NCBI GenBank assembly: GCA_903828645.1
Contig: CAIKNA010000208.1
Location: forward strand, 1,223-65,222
From: an uncultured Bacteroidales bacterium
Lineage (GTDB): Bacteria > Bacteroidota > Bacteroidia > Bacteroidales > FEN-979
Direction of reading: 5' to 3'
DNA length: 64,000 nucleotides
Position numbers and translations under genes: made by a program. Positions 9,053 to 18,626 of this stretch are shown piece by piece. The stretch's first letter is position 1. Each line of letters starts with the position of its first letter. Under the pieces are notes generated by a model. The model was given only the letters and a program-made list of their open reading frames with translations, was not told the origin of the DNA and made no database searches.

Positions 9053-10378
9053 ATGAAAACATTTTTATTCTCGATCATAATTACAATGGCAACCTGTGAA
9101 ACTTATGCGCAGAATTACCAGATTAGTTTTGCAGGAACAGGTGCAAGCACAATCATCGATTCCGTTAAAGCAGAGAACCTCTCTCAATGCACAAGCCTGA
9201 CGCTTGCGGGAACGGACATATTAAACCTTAATGGAACAGCAGGAATAAATGAATCCCACAAAAATGAAACCGGGGTATCCATATATCCGAACCCTTCACC
9301 GGGATATTGTTCAATTAAATTTAAAGCAACTTCAGCAACCAGGTTAAGCATCGGGTTATACAGTATTGATGGGAAAGAGGTCGTGAAACGGGCTGAATTT
9401 ATTCAGCATGGGAAACACCTGTTTCAGCTGTGTGATATTCCAGGCGGCTTATACATCCTGAAAATTGAATCAAACAAATCTCTTTATTCGGCTAAACTGA
9501 TAAGCACCGGAGCCAAAACAGAACGCCCTCATATAAAATACAATGAATTAACAGGAGATATAATTGAAGGACCCCAGTTGTCCGGGTCAATGGAATTGAA
9601 AGGCCCGGGGAGCGTCAAATCGATCGTTTACATGCAGTTCAATGCAGGTGACACACTCAAACTGACCGGGAAATCAGGGATCTACAGAACCGTAAATATG
9701 TTTTTCCCGGTTCAAAGTCAGACAGTAACCTTCAATTTTGTCTATTGCAGCGATGCCGATGGAAACCATTATGCGGTTGTTCATATAGGGTCACAATTAT
9801 GGATGCAGGAAAATCTTAAAACAACCAAATATCGTGACGGGTCGGAGATACCCAATGTGCCTGACAGCGCCGCCTGGGGAAGTCTCTCCACAGGGGCCTG
9901 GTGCGATTATCACAACCTTCCGGCCGAGGGAGAATATTATGGTCATCTCTACAATTTCTTTGCGGTAGCCGATAGCCGGAATATGTGCCCTACCGGATGG
10001 CATGTACCTTCTCACAGTGAATGGAACATCATGGAGAAGTTTCTTGACAACACGGTTAATACAACAGCACTCGGTGGTTCCGGCAATATCATTGGAAGGA
10101 TATTGAAGGAAGGGTGTAACACAAGATGGGAATACATGGATTCGACATACGGATTAAATTCAGCAGGATTTACGGCTCTTTGCTCAAATTACAGGAATGC
10201 AACGGGAGCGTGGAGCCTGGCACCGGGCAATAATCACGATGATAGCTTCTGGACTGCGACCTCTTATAATACCACTGCAGCATGGTATCGGAGCCTGCGC
10301 TGGTGTTACAGCGATGTCTATTCTTTATTTCCAATGAAAAACGCCGGCCAGTCAGTGCGGTGTATGAAGGACCAGTAA
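9053..10378 (+). CDS. Secreted FISUMP-domain protein with an internal T9SS-CTD-like domain
   Basis: Signal peptide; IYPNP...GLYILKI...SAKLI segment at about aa 75-150; C-terminal FISUMP domain (IGSQLWMQENL, CPTGWHVPS, SVRCMKD). Confidence 0.85.
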   Translation: MKTFLFSIIITMATCETYAQNYQISFAGTGASTIIDSVKAENLSQCTSLTLAGTDILNLNGTAGINESHKNETGVSIYPNPSPGYCSIKFKATSATRLSIGLYSIDGKEVVKRAEFIQHGKHLFQLCDIPGGLYILKIESNKSLYSAKLISTGAKTERPHIKYNELTGDIIEGPQLSGSMELKGPGSVKSIVYMQFNAGDTLKLTGKSGIYRTVNMFFPVQSQTVTFNFVYCSDADGNHYAVVHIGSQLWMQENLKTTKYRDGSEIPNVPDSAAWGSLSTGAWCDYHNLPAEGEYYGHLYNFFAVADSRNMCPTGWHVPSHSEWNIMEKFLDNTVNTTALGGSGNIIGRILKEGCNTRWEYMDSTYGLNSAGFTALCSNYRNATGAWSLAPGNNHDDSFWTATSYNTTAAWYRSLRWCYSDVYSLFPMKNAGQSVRCMKDQ

Positions 10379-10780
10379 TCCTTCGGATTTTCATATCTTT
10401 AAGGTGCGATCAACCATGTTGGTTATAATCGTCTCTTTATACAATAGAAAAGTGACCGGGTCATTTATATCTCATGCAGAAAGCAGTTGCAAATCCTCCA
10501 AGCAACGCAGCTTTCTTTCAAAATAAAGAAGATACCAAAAAGTTAAAGGTGATCTGATGATGCCATGCAAACCACTATCGAATGCCATGGAAAAAGGTTA
10601 TTATTCGTAAAAATGTTATACGGTGTAACTATTGCACCATCCAACATTTCCAACAATCAATGTCGAAAAGATTATTCCTGGTAGGAAATATCCCTGAAAA
10701 ACATGAAAAAATTGTAACGTTGATCTTTTCGTCACGTCCTATGATCTTCAAAAGTGAAAAAACATTAACCAAATCCGACT

Positions 10781-11983
10781 ATGAAAATACAAAGAATCAA
10801 GTGTAAAAACCTGGGTTTTTTAGTTCTCCTTTTAATGACATTGAACAGTTTCGCCCAATACACAACAACGGAGGAAGCAAAAGATTTTATCAATGACAAA
10901 CTTTCGCATTCTGTATTACAGAAGATCGATCCGGACGGAACGGTTACGATAAGCACACCAGGTGAAAAGATAAAATTCAACCTTCACCATGCCGCCTTTA
11001 ATTACAACGATGGCAACAATGACAGCCGGGTAAGGGTGACGACTGAAAATGGAATCGAACATTACGATCATAAAATCCTAATAGAAAAAACAAGCCGGCA
11101 ATCGTTTTTATGTGAGTCTGAGAATGAAGCGAAAATGGTGATCAATGCTTTCAAATTCTTAAAACAGAAGTACTGTGCAGACCAAAAAAGCGCCATGACC
11201 AGTCCTAAAATCCTGAAGACAGGTGATTCAACTATTACGGTAAAAACGGTCGATGAAGCGTTGGATTTTATCAATGAGAATCTCTCTTACTCAGTAATCA
11301 CAGGGATCGATGACAAGGGAATGATGACAATAAACAGCCCGGAGGAGGATTACCAGGTAAATCTTTTACAGGCTGAATTTGGGTACAATGATGCGGAAGA
11401 TGGTTCAAAAGTCAGAATTTATGGTGATTTCTGCATAGGCTTGAAAAAACATGGGGGAGAACAGGAATTGATTACCCGGAAATCCTTTCAAACGCCAAAC
11501 AGGGCAAAGGCATATAAGGTAATTACGGTTCTTTATTATCTTAAAAGTACTTATGCAAACCTCGATCCCAATAAAATACCCCAACTTAAAAATCTGTGTG
11601 CTGTGCGGGTTGCCAGCTATACAAATCCGGTTGAAGCCATTGATTTCATCAACGCACGTCTGGTATATTCCATTATTCTTGGCGTCGGTCATGACGGCAT
11701 TTTAACCCTCAACGCTCCTGAAGAGATCTACAGGTTTAATCTCAACGAGGTAAAACTCTCCAGTGCGCTCAACCATAAGGTCAGGTCGGATTGGTTTTCA
11801 TTTATAAATGTCGAAGGGCCAGCCAATAGCATTCTGGTTGAATGTAAGAATTGCATAAGGAAATATGATGCCCCGGCGTCGTCCAACACACTGGATGAGC
11901 AGGCTTTCCAGTGTGGAAGTGTTTCAGAAGTGAAGGATGTTCTCAAAGCACTTGCCTTTTTGAGGAATTCCATTAAAAAGTGA
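10781..11983 (+). CDS. Secreted hypothetical protein made of three tandem ~125-aa repeats
   Basis: Signal peptide ending SFAQ; three copies of EAxDFINxxL...G...N/SxP...NL. Confidence 0.8.
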   Translation: MKIQRIKCKNLGFLVLLLMTLNSFAQYTTTEEAKDFINDKLSHSVLQKIDPDGTVTISTPGEKIKFNLHHAAFNYNDGNNDSRVRVTTENGIEHYDHKILIEKTSRQSFLCESENEAKMVINAFKFLKQKYCADQKSAMTSPKILKTGDSTITVKTVDEALDFINENLSYSVITGIDDKGMMTINSPEEDYQVNLLQAEFGYNDAEDGSKVRIYGDFCIGLKKHGGEQELITRKSFQTPNRAKAYKVITVLYYLKSTYANLDPNKIPQLKNLCAVRVASYTNPVEAIDFINARLVYSIILGVGHDGILTLNAPEEIYRFNLNEVKLSSALNHKVRSDWFSFINVEGPANSILVECKNCIRKYDAPASSNTLDEQAFQCGSVSEVKDVLKALAFLRNSIKK

Positions 11984-12105
11984 GATATTTCAGGATCGGA
12001 TATTCCCGGAAAGCTATTAAAGCATTAGGGTTATAGGCAAATACCACAAAGATTATCGTTACAAGGAAGCAGGCGGCAAGTAATGGGAAAATTTTAAATC
12101 TGAGA

Positions 12106-12270
12106 ATTGAAGCTGATTTCAGCGATGCCGCTCCCGATGCAATCATTGACTATTCATATCTTGCTCCCTTGGCTCCCGTCGAAGCCGATTTCAACGATTC
12201 GATTGCCGGGACAACTGATATCAGTGCGTTGGCTCCTGTAACACCTTCCATCGCCGCTTTCGAACAGCAC
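12106..12270 (+). pseudogene. Start-less remnant with LAPxxPxEADF-type peptide repeats
   Basis: Frame reads IEADFSDAAPDAIIDYSYLAPLAPVEADFNDSIAGTTDISALAPVTPSIAAFEQ. There is an upstream in-frame stop and no ATG. Confidence 0.4.
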
Positions 12271-12557
12271 TCATTATCCAATTATATTTACCCGCTTGGT
12301 TATAAAAGCCTTCCTAAAGGGGGGCTTTTGACTTTTGGATTTTATACCTTACCTTTGTTTCACATCCAGAACCCCTGAATAGGTACCAACCGAGTTTCGA
12401 ATACCCCCGTGGTGAAATGATCTGGATCGCAAGGACCAAAAGGGTTCGTTTTTTCCCCTTTTCCCTTCCACCAGGTTTTTCACCAGGTGACACTTTTAGC
12501 ATACAATATCGACGGTTTAATGAAGTTCCATTCCTATCAAGTATTTAAAAGCGACAA

Positions 12558-12875
12558 ATGAAACACACAACCGAAAACCTGATAAAAATTGCTCTTTCCA
12601 CCCTGCTGCTGATATGCCTGTTCGAGATGCCCTATGGTTATTATCAACTCGTCAGGTTCATAGCCGTTGTAGGATTTTCGATCCTGGCCTACTACGAATA
12701 TGAGCGGAAAAACATGCCAATGGTTATCGTTTTTCTGGGATTGGCGATACTGTTTCAGCCTCTGGCAACTATTCCGCTGGGTAAACAGGTATGGAACATC
12801 GTTGATGTATTCCTGGCAGTGGGGTTGATCATAAGCATTTTTTTACAGAAGCATAAATCTGACAAGGTCAGATAA
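12558..12875 (+). CDS. Small integral membrane protein (DUF6804-like)
   Basis: MPYGYYQLVRF, AILFQP...LGKQVWNIVD motifs; about four TM segments. Confidence 0.75.
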   Translation: MKHTTENLIKIALSTLLLICLFEMPYGYYQLVRFIAVVGFSILAYYEYERKNMPMVIVFLGLAILFQPLATIPLGKQVWNIVDVFLAVGLIISIFLQKHKSDKVR

Positions 12876-12921
12876 TGAAAACAGAATTGATTGGTATTGT
12901 GTTTATTGAATAAACTATTAT

Positions 12922-13458
12922 ATGAATGTAAAAACATTATTAAAAAACTCGGTCATGGGAATTCTCGGTCTTATATTCGGCTCATGTTCTACCATTCCAG
13001 AAGGAGTGCATGCAATAAAACCATTCAACAAGGCGAAATACCTGGGCAAGTGGTATGAGATTGCCCGCTTCGATTTTAGATTTGAGCGAAACCTGAATAA
13101 CACCACGGCTCAATATTCTGTTAACGATAATGGCTCCGTTAAAGTCGTTAACCGTGGCTATGACTATGAGAAAAAGCAGTGGAAGGAAGCCATTGGCGTT
13201 GCAAAATTTGTCGGAAATGAAGATGTTGCCATGCTGAAGGTTTCGTTTTTCCGTCCGTTTTACGGAGGATATAACGTGATAGCCATTGACAATGAATACA
13301 AGTATGCACTTGTTTGCGGTAATAATTTCAGTTACTTATGGATACTCTCACGCGAGACCACGATACCAGAAGATATAAAGCAAAACTACCTGACTATTGC
13401 TAAAAATCTGGGATTTAACACTTCTGAACTCATATGGGTTGAGCATAACAAGAAATAG
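12922..13458 (+). CDS. blc: Bacterial lipocalin lipoprotein
   Basis: Lipobox FGSC; YLGKWYEIAR, LKVSFFRPFYGGY, YLWILSR lipocalin motifs. Confidence 0.92.
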   Translation: MNVKTLLKNSVMGILGLIFGSCSTIPEGVHAIKPFNKAKYLGKWYEIARFDFRFERNLNNTTAQYSVNDNGSVKVVNRGYDYEKKQWKEAIGVAKFVGNEDVAMLKVSFFRPFYGGYNVIAIDNEYKYALVCGNNFSYLWILSRETTIPEDIKQNYLTIAKNLGFNTSELIWVEHNKK

Positions 13459-13568
13459 AACTGGTGCAAATTTATTCATAGTCAAATTTAATTGACGATT
13501 CATTAAATTTGAGGTGCAATAAAGGCTATGAAAAAAGAGCCATGCGACATACAAACACCCGTTGTGGA

Positions 13569-13609
13569 AAAAAGGGCTGTAAGGGCAAGATCGGATTGCC
13601 CTTATAGTC
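13569..13609 (-). terminator. Rho-independent terminator downstream of pullulanase
   Basis: Minus strand reads GACTATAAGGGCAA-TCCGATC-TTGCCCTTACAGCC then CTTTTTT. Confidence 0.65.
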
Positions 13610-13661
13610 ATTTCTTACGGTGCCTTGCATTTTGGTTATATCAAACCGTCAGAGTCCAGCC

Positions 13662-15701
13662 TCATTCCTGGTATAAAATCATGGCTGAGCAGGGTGCAAT
13701 GACAACCTTATCTGAACAGGCTTTTCCATCATTTTTAAACTGATAGTTTTGAAGTGCGGTCTTCCACATTCCCTTGGGTAAAACGATGTTTTTTTCAACA
13801 TCCGCACCATTAAAAATAACGATGATCTGCTGCCAACTGTCATTGTTGGCATGATCTTTTAACTGGTAGGCGATAAGTTGGGGATCATTTGTCGGTAAAA
13901 ACAACAGGTTTTTCTGAACCATTTTATTATTTGGCATTCTAAAGGCAGGATGTGTTTTCCTGAGGGCAATTGCATCTTTATAATATGCAAACAAATCCCT
14001 GTTCACATATTTCCAATCCCAGTTGATCCGGTTAACCGAATCCGGTTTGTTGAACGAATTACTTTCGCCACCCTTGGTTCTTTTCATCTCGACGCCCGCA
14101 TGCAAAAAAGGGATCCCCTGCGAAGTAAGCACGATGGTATTAGCCAGCTTATCCATTTTGACGAGCTCTTCTTCCGAAGCATCCGGACGTGATATCTTTA
14201 ACTTGTCATACAAGGTATGATTGTCATGACATGAAACATAGTTAATAACCTCATCCGGGTTTTTCGCATAGGGCTTTTTAGAATAGTTTACCGCGGAATA
14301 ATCAATTTGCGGGTGTTCCCCGGCTGCAACAATGCCAAATTTCACCGATTCGGCCATTATTTTGGCACCGCTGGCAAAACCCGTACTCTTATCGTCAAAC
14401 ACGCTTCCTTTGACCGCATCACGCAGGTCATCACAGAAAACAGCCACCCCGTTCATCTTCCCTGCATTCATCTTCGAAGCACGGTAGTTTTCAGGCAGCG
14501 GTGAATCACCTCCTGTCCAACCCTCTCCGTAAATAATGATCGAAGGATCGATTGCCCGGAGAACGGCAGCGGCCTGGTTCATGGTTTCCATATCATGGAG
14601 GGCCATCAGGTCAAAACGGAAACCATCAACATGGTATTCCCTGGCCCAGTAAGTCAAAGACTCAAGGATGAACTTCCTGACCATCGCGCGGTCGGAGGCA
14701 GTCTCATTGCCGCAACCGGAACCATTACTGTATTTTCCATCTTTTTCCCATTGCCGGTAATAATACCCCGGAACCAACTGATCAAAATTCGAGTTGTGCG
14801 TTTGACCTGTATGGTTGTATACCACATCCATGACCACCCTGAGCCCTTTCTGATGGAGCGATTGAACCATTTCCTTGAATTCACGGATACGGACCCTGCC
14901 ATCTTCCGGATCCGTTGAATAGGATCCCTCCGGCGTGTTAAAGTTCTGAGGATTATATCCCCAATTGAACTGGGGAACATTTAACTTTGATTCATCCACC
15001 CCCGAAAAATCAAAGGAAGGCAACAGGTGAACATGCGTGACACCCAGTTCGGCAATATGATCAATCCCCGTGCTTTGCCCATGGCTATTTTTCGTTCCCG
15101 ATTCGGTAAGCCCCAGGAACTTTCCCTTGTTTTTGATCCCTGAATTGGCCGCAACTGACAAATCACGGATATGAAGTTCGTAGAGGATCGCATCCGTATG
15201 GTTTTTCAAAAGAGGTGGTTTGTCGTTTTCCCAACCTGTGGGATTGGTCTCATTCAAATCAATGATCTCTCCCCGTTTTCCATTAACACCAACCGCTTTG
15301 GCATAAGGGTCGGGGTTTTCATCATTCCATTTCCCGTTAATTTTTGCCTGAAAAGTATAATAGAGGTTTTTCCTGTCCCCCGGCAATTCAGCTTTCCATA
15401 CGCCAAATTCATCCTTGCGGCAGCCAATCTCTTCTGTCATGTCGTTGCCCGTTGAAGTTTTGTACAACCTCAGCTTCATTTCCTGCGCAGGAGGAGACCA
15501 TATTTTCAGGACGGTTAATGATTTGGAATAATTCACTCCCAGATCACCCCCATGATACAACGGATAACTTTCATATGGATCATATGCCAAAGATTTTGAG
15601 GTAACCGATCCTGCTGCCGGCATCTTCTGGGCAAGCAGGTAGGATCCGGCCATCAGCAGGATCCCTGAAAGGGAAATAAAAAAGATGATGATGGTTTTCA
15701 T
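13662..15701 (-). CDS. pulA: Type I pullulanase (CBM48 + GH13)
   Basis: Signal peptide; YELHIRD, FNWGYNP, DVVYNH, GFRFDLM, YGEGW, YVSCHDN. Confidence 0.92.
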   Translation of the reverse strand: MKTIIIFFISLSGILLMAGSYLLAQKMPAAGSVTSKSLAYDPYESYPLYHGGDLGVNYSKSLTVLKIWSPPAQEMKLRLYKTSTGNDMTEEIGCRKDEFGVWKAELPGDRKNLYYTFQAKINGKWNDENPDPYAKAVGVNGKRGEIIDLNETNPTGWENDKPPLLKNHTDAILYELHIRDLSVAANSGIKNKGKFLGLTESGTKNSHGQSTGIDHIAELGVTHVHLLPSFDFSGVDESKLNVPQFNWGYNPQNFNTPEGSYSTDPEDGRVRIREFKEMVQSLHQKGLRVVMDVVYNHTGQTHNSNFDQLVPGYYYRQWEKDGKYSNGSGCGNETASDRAMVRKFILESLTYWAREYHVDGFRFDLMALHDMETMNQAAAVLRAIDPSIIIYGEGWTGGDSPLPENYRASKMNAGKMNGVAVFCDDLRDAVKGSVFDDKSTGFASGAKIMAESVKFGIVAAGEHPQIDYSAVNYSKKPYAKNPDEVINYVSCHDNHTLYDKLKISRPDASEEELVKMDKLANTIVLTSQGIPFLHAGVEMKRTKGGESNSFNKPDSVNRINWDWKYVNRDLFAYYKDAIALRKTHPAFRMPNNKMVQKNLLFLPTNDPQLIAYQLKDHANNDSWQQIIVIFNGADVEKNIVLPKGMWKTALQNYQFKNDGKACSDKVVIAPCSAMILYQE

Positions 15702-15726
15702 AAAGCGTTGTTTGTTTATCCGGGAG

Positions 15727-15734
15727 CAAAGTTA
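15727..15734 (-). promoter_or_regulatory. Bacteroidota -7 promoter box for pulA
   Basis: TAACTTTG matches TAnnTTTG, about 25 nt upstream of the ATG. Confidence 0.55.
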
Positions 15735-15903
15735 TCATTAACCTTCATTCAACCGGCACTTCCGGCAGGTTTTCAGGCAATGACCGGTATGGAGGCATGA
15801 TTCAGTCAGCTTGTGCCATTGCACAAAATACTATATTTAAACAGACTCTAAACATATAAATCAGGACAACCGAAAGAATTGAGCGTGCAAAATAAAGTTT
15901 CTC

Positions 15904-15911
15904 TATCTTTG
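15904..15911 (+). promoter_or_regulatory. Bacteroidota -7 promoter box for the beta-barrel/Kelch pair
   Basis: TATCTTTG, 25 nt upstream of ATG 15937. Confidence 0.55.
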
Positions 15912-15936
15912 AATTCTCCAAAGCGATTAAGAAATT

Positions 15937-17070
15937 ATGAAGAACTGCCGTCAATTCTTTCTCCTGCTGATATTTTTAATCCCGTTAATTACTTCATCGC
16001 AGAATAATTACTTCGTCAGCGACACAGCGACTAACGTAGGAGTTGTCCTTGTGGATGGAGATGTTTTAACCAATCAAATGGTTTGCAAAGTTAAAAAAGG
16101 AAAAACGATTGTGGAATATACACCCTGGCAGGTGAGGGAGTATGGATTTGAGGATGGTACAACCTACCTTGCAAAGAACATCCCGGTTCCCGATTCGACT
16201 CGCAGGGTATTCCTGGAAAGGCTTGTAAAAGGAAAATACTCGTTGTACTATTACGAGGGCGAAGCCGGAACAACCTTCTTCCTGGAACAGGACAGCACCC
16301 TGTTTGTTGAATTGACAAAACACGGAGAGGATTACGGACACAGGAATTTCAGGGATGACCTGAGGCACTACACCGCCGATTGCCCCCAAATGGCCGATGC
16401 CATTAAACTGGTTCGTTACAATCGTGCAGGGTATAAAAAATTGATGAAACAGTATGAAAAGTGTAAAAAAAGGCCCTTCCCGTTTTTAAAGTTTGGGATC
16501 AGCGCGGGATACAGTGCCTGCAAGCTTGTTCCGAAATCAACCATTCCAATCCCGGAATTAAGCCAAATGGAATACAGGTATGAAGGAGGCTTCGTGGCCG
16601 GCATTTTCATGGAATGTCCGGTTTTACTGAGTGATATTTCGGTGGTCGCGGAGTTGCTTTATACACATCATGATTTTGCTGCCAGTACTTCTGTCAGATC
16701 CCAGGAGTTTGATTATTTCGGGAAGATGTCTTCACTTCAATTGCCCGTTCTGGTCCGGTATGCATTCCCTTCGAACAGAATACGTCCGTTTTTGAATGTG
16801 GGAGCAGTTTTTCTATTCAACTTCAACAATGAGGAGATGCTTTACAGTGCCACCATAGGCCAGAATGTTATTGAAATCAATGACATGCCTGAAATAACGC
16901 TGATTCCGAACTCCATGATCGGGTACTCTATCGGCGGGGGATTTGCCGTTCAGATCCTGCCAAGAAACTGGTTTTCCGTGGATATCCGTTACAATTCCTA
17001 TTACGCACTCACGTCATCCCGGGCCATGGACATTTCTGAATTCCAGATAAAATCGGGCATATCTTTTTAA
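15937..17070 (+). CDS. Outer-membrane beta-barrel protein (PorT/OMP-like C-terminal barrel with an N-terminal soluble domain)
   Basis: Signal peptide; amphipathic strands (LQLPVLVRYAF, RPFLNVG); terminal Phe (GISF). Confidence 0.7.
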   Translation: MKNCRQFFLLLIFLIPLITSSQNNYFVSDTATNVGVVLVDGDVLTNQMVCKVKKGKTIVEYTPWQVREYGFEDGTTYLAKNIPVPDSTRRVFLERLVKGKYSLYYYEGEAGTTFFLEQDSTLFVELTKHGEDYGHRNFRDDLRHYTADCPQMADAIKLVRYNRAGYKKLMKQYEKCKKRPFPFLKFGISAGYSACKLVPKSTIPIPELSQMEYRYEGGFVAGIFMECPVLLSDISVVAELLYTHHDFAASTSVRSQEFDYFGKMSSLQLPVLVRYAFPSNRIRPFLNVGAVFLFNFNNEEMLYSATIGQNVIEINDMPEITLIPNSMIGYSIGGGFAVQILPRNWFSVDIRYNSYYALTSSRAMDISEFQIKSGISF

Positions 17071-17072
17071 CG

Positions 17073-18581
17073 ATGAAGCATCTTTTCAGTTTTGCAATTA
17101 TAACCCTGTTGCTCCTTGCGGCAGGGTGTAAAAAGGATTCAAAGATCCTGTCAAAAGAATATCCTTATGTAATCCAGGAAGATGTTTCTGAGATCAGTGA
17201 AACAGGGATCACGGTTAAGTCGGTGATCATCAGTTCGGGTGATTATGCAATAGAGGATTTTGGTTTTGTAATCAGCGAGGAGTCGAAACCAGTTGTTACC
17301 GACCGGAAGATATCACTTAAGGCTGTAGAGGCCAGCCCCGATAAAATAACTTTCAGAATAGACAATGCCCTCGGAAAAGACCAGAAATATTATATCAGGG
17401 CCTTCATAAAGACACCCGGTTACCTGGTTTACAGCAATGAGAAGGCATTCTACAGCAAAGGCAGCATCATGCCCCGTATCGGCCATCTGTCAAAAACCTC
17501 AGCCATCCCCGGAGATGTGGTCACCATTGCCGGCGATTATTTTAATGAATCCCCGGGCAATAATGTCGTCCGTTTCGGGGATGTGCGTGCACGGATCATT
17601 TACGAGAAGAGGGACACCATCATTGTTCAATGCCCTGAAACCAAAGCTACCAAAGAGGTTGCCGTCTCCGTCCAGACTGCCGGCCAAACCGGCTATGCAG
17701 ACGCCATGTTCACGCTGGTAAATCCCTGGACACCGCTGGCCGATTTTCCAGGGGGTGCAAGGTTCTGGAGCAGCAGCTTCACTGTTGGAACAAAAGGTTA
17801 TGTCGCATTGGGCATGACTAATGACGGAAACTATGCAAGCAGGGAATTATGGGAATTCAACAGCGGAACGAATCTATGGCAGGAACTGCCTCCGTTCCCG
17901 GGAAATGCCCGCAGCAATGCGATCGATTTCAGTATCGGAAATTACGGATATATCGGGCTGGGTGTCGGGAACCTGGTCGAAACATATTCCGACTTATGGG
18001 AATATGATCCCCAGGCCAATGGCTGGACAAAAAAGGCAGATTATCCCGGAGCTACATTCAATGACCATACATATCCCCATTTTGTGATCAATAACACATT
18101 ATACCTTTACAGCGGGTTCAACCAATATGAATTCTGGACTTATAACCCCGTACAGGACCAATGGAGGCAACTTCAGTCCGATGCACAGATGAAAAATCAT
18201 AATATAACCGAAGGATTCTCGGCAAGAAACACCGGTTACTTTATCGAAATATCCGGCACCGGCTGGGATCCGAAAACACTTGTTCTCTGGCAATATGACC
18301 CTTTGCAGAATACGATTTTCAAAACAGATTCTGTCCCGTTAGGATCCTATTGGGCTGAACCGTGCAGTTTTAATATCGGCAGGAAACTATTCATCTCGGT
18401 AAGGGATCGGTTACTGATCGAATACGACATGGACAGCAAGCTGGCATTCACTCTTGCGCATCCTTCGGACCATGAAATGTTCAACTTCAGGATGGTTTTT
18501 AACAGCAAAGCCGTGCTCAATAACTCCGAGACGCCGGTTGTCAATGAATTTAATTCTGCTGCTGCACTGCACCGAAAATAA
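17073..18581 (+). CDS. Lipoprotein with FN3-like, IPT/TIG and Kelch-repeat domains
   Basis: Lipobox AAGC; PGDVVTIAGDYF...VVRFG (IPT); repeated ADFPGGAR...GYVALG...LWEF (Kelch). Confidence 0.8.
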   Translation: MKHLFSFAIITLLLLAAGCKKDSKILSKEYPYVIQEDVSEISETGITVKSVIISSGDYAIEDFGFVISEESKPVVTDRKISLKAVEASPDKITFRIDNALGKDQKYYIRAFIKTPGYLVYSNEKAFYSKGSIMPRIGHLSKTSAIPGDVVTIAGDYFNESPGNNVVRFGDVRARIIYEKRDTIIVQCPETKATKEVAVSVQTAGQTGYADAMFTLVNPWTPLADFPGGARFWSSSFTVGTKGYVALGMTNDGNYASRELWEFNSGTNLWQELPPFPGNARSNAIDFSIGNYGYIGLGVGNLVETYSDLWEYDPQANGWTKKADYPGATFNDHTYPHFVINNTLYLYSGFNQYEFWTYNPVQDQWRQLQSDAQMKNHNITEGFSARNTGYFIEISGTGWDPKTLVLWQYDPLQNTIFKTDSVPLGSYWAEPCSFNIGRKLFISVRDRLLIEYDMDSKLAFTLAHPSDHEMFNFRMVFNSKAVLNNSETPVVNEFNSAAALHRK

Positions 18582-18626
18582 ATTTATTACGTTTCCGGCG
18601 AATTCCTGCATAAACGGATATTCTAT

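Noticed and set aside
8240-10378. Diversity-generating retroelement targeting the FISUMP genes
   Set aside because: No reverse transcriptase in the window and no near-identical template/variable repeat pair. The two FISUMP 3' ends differ at all base types.
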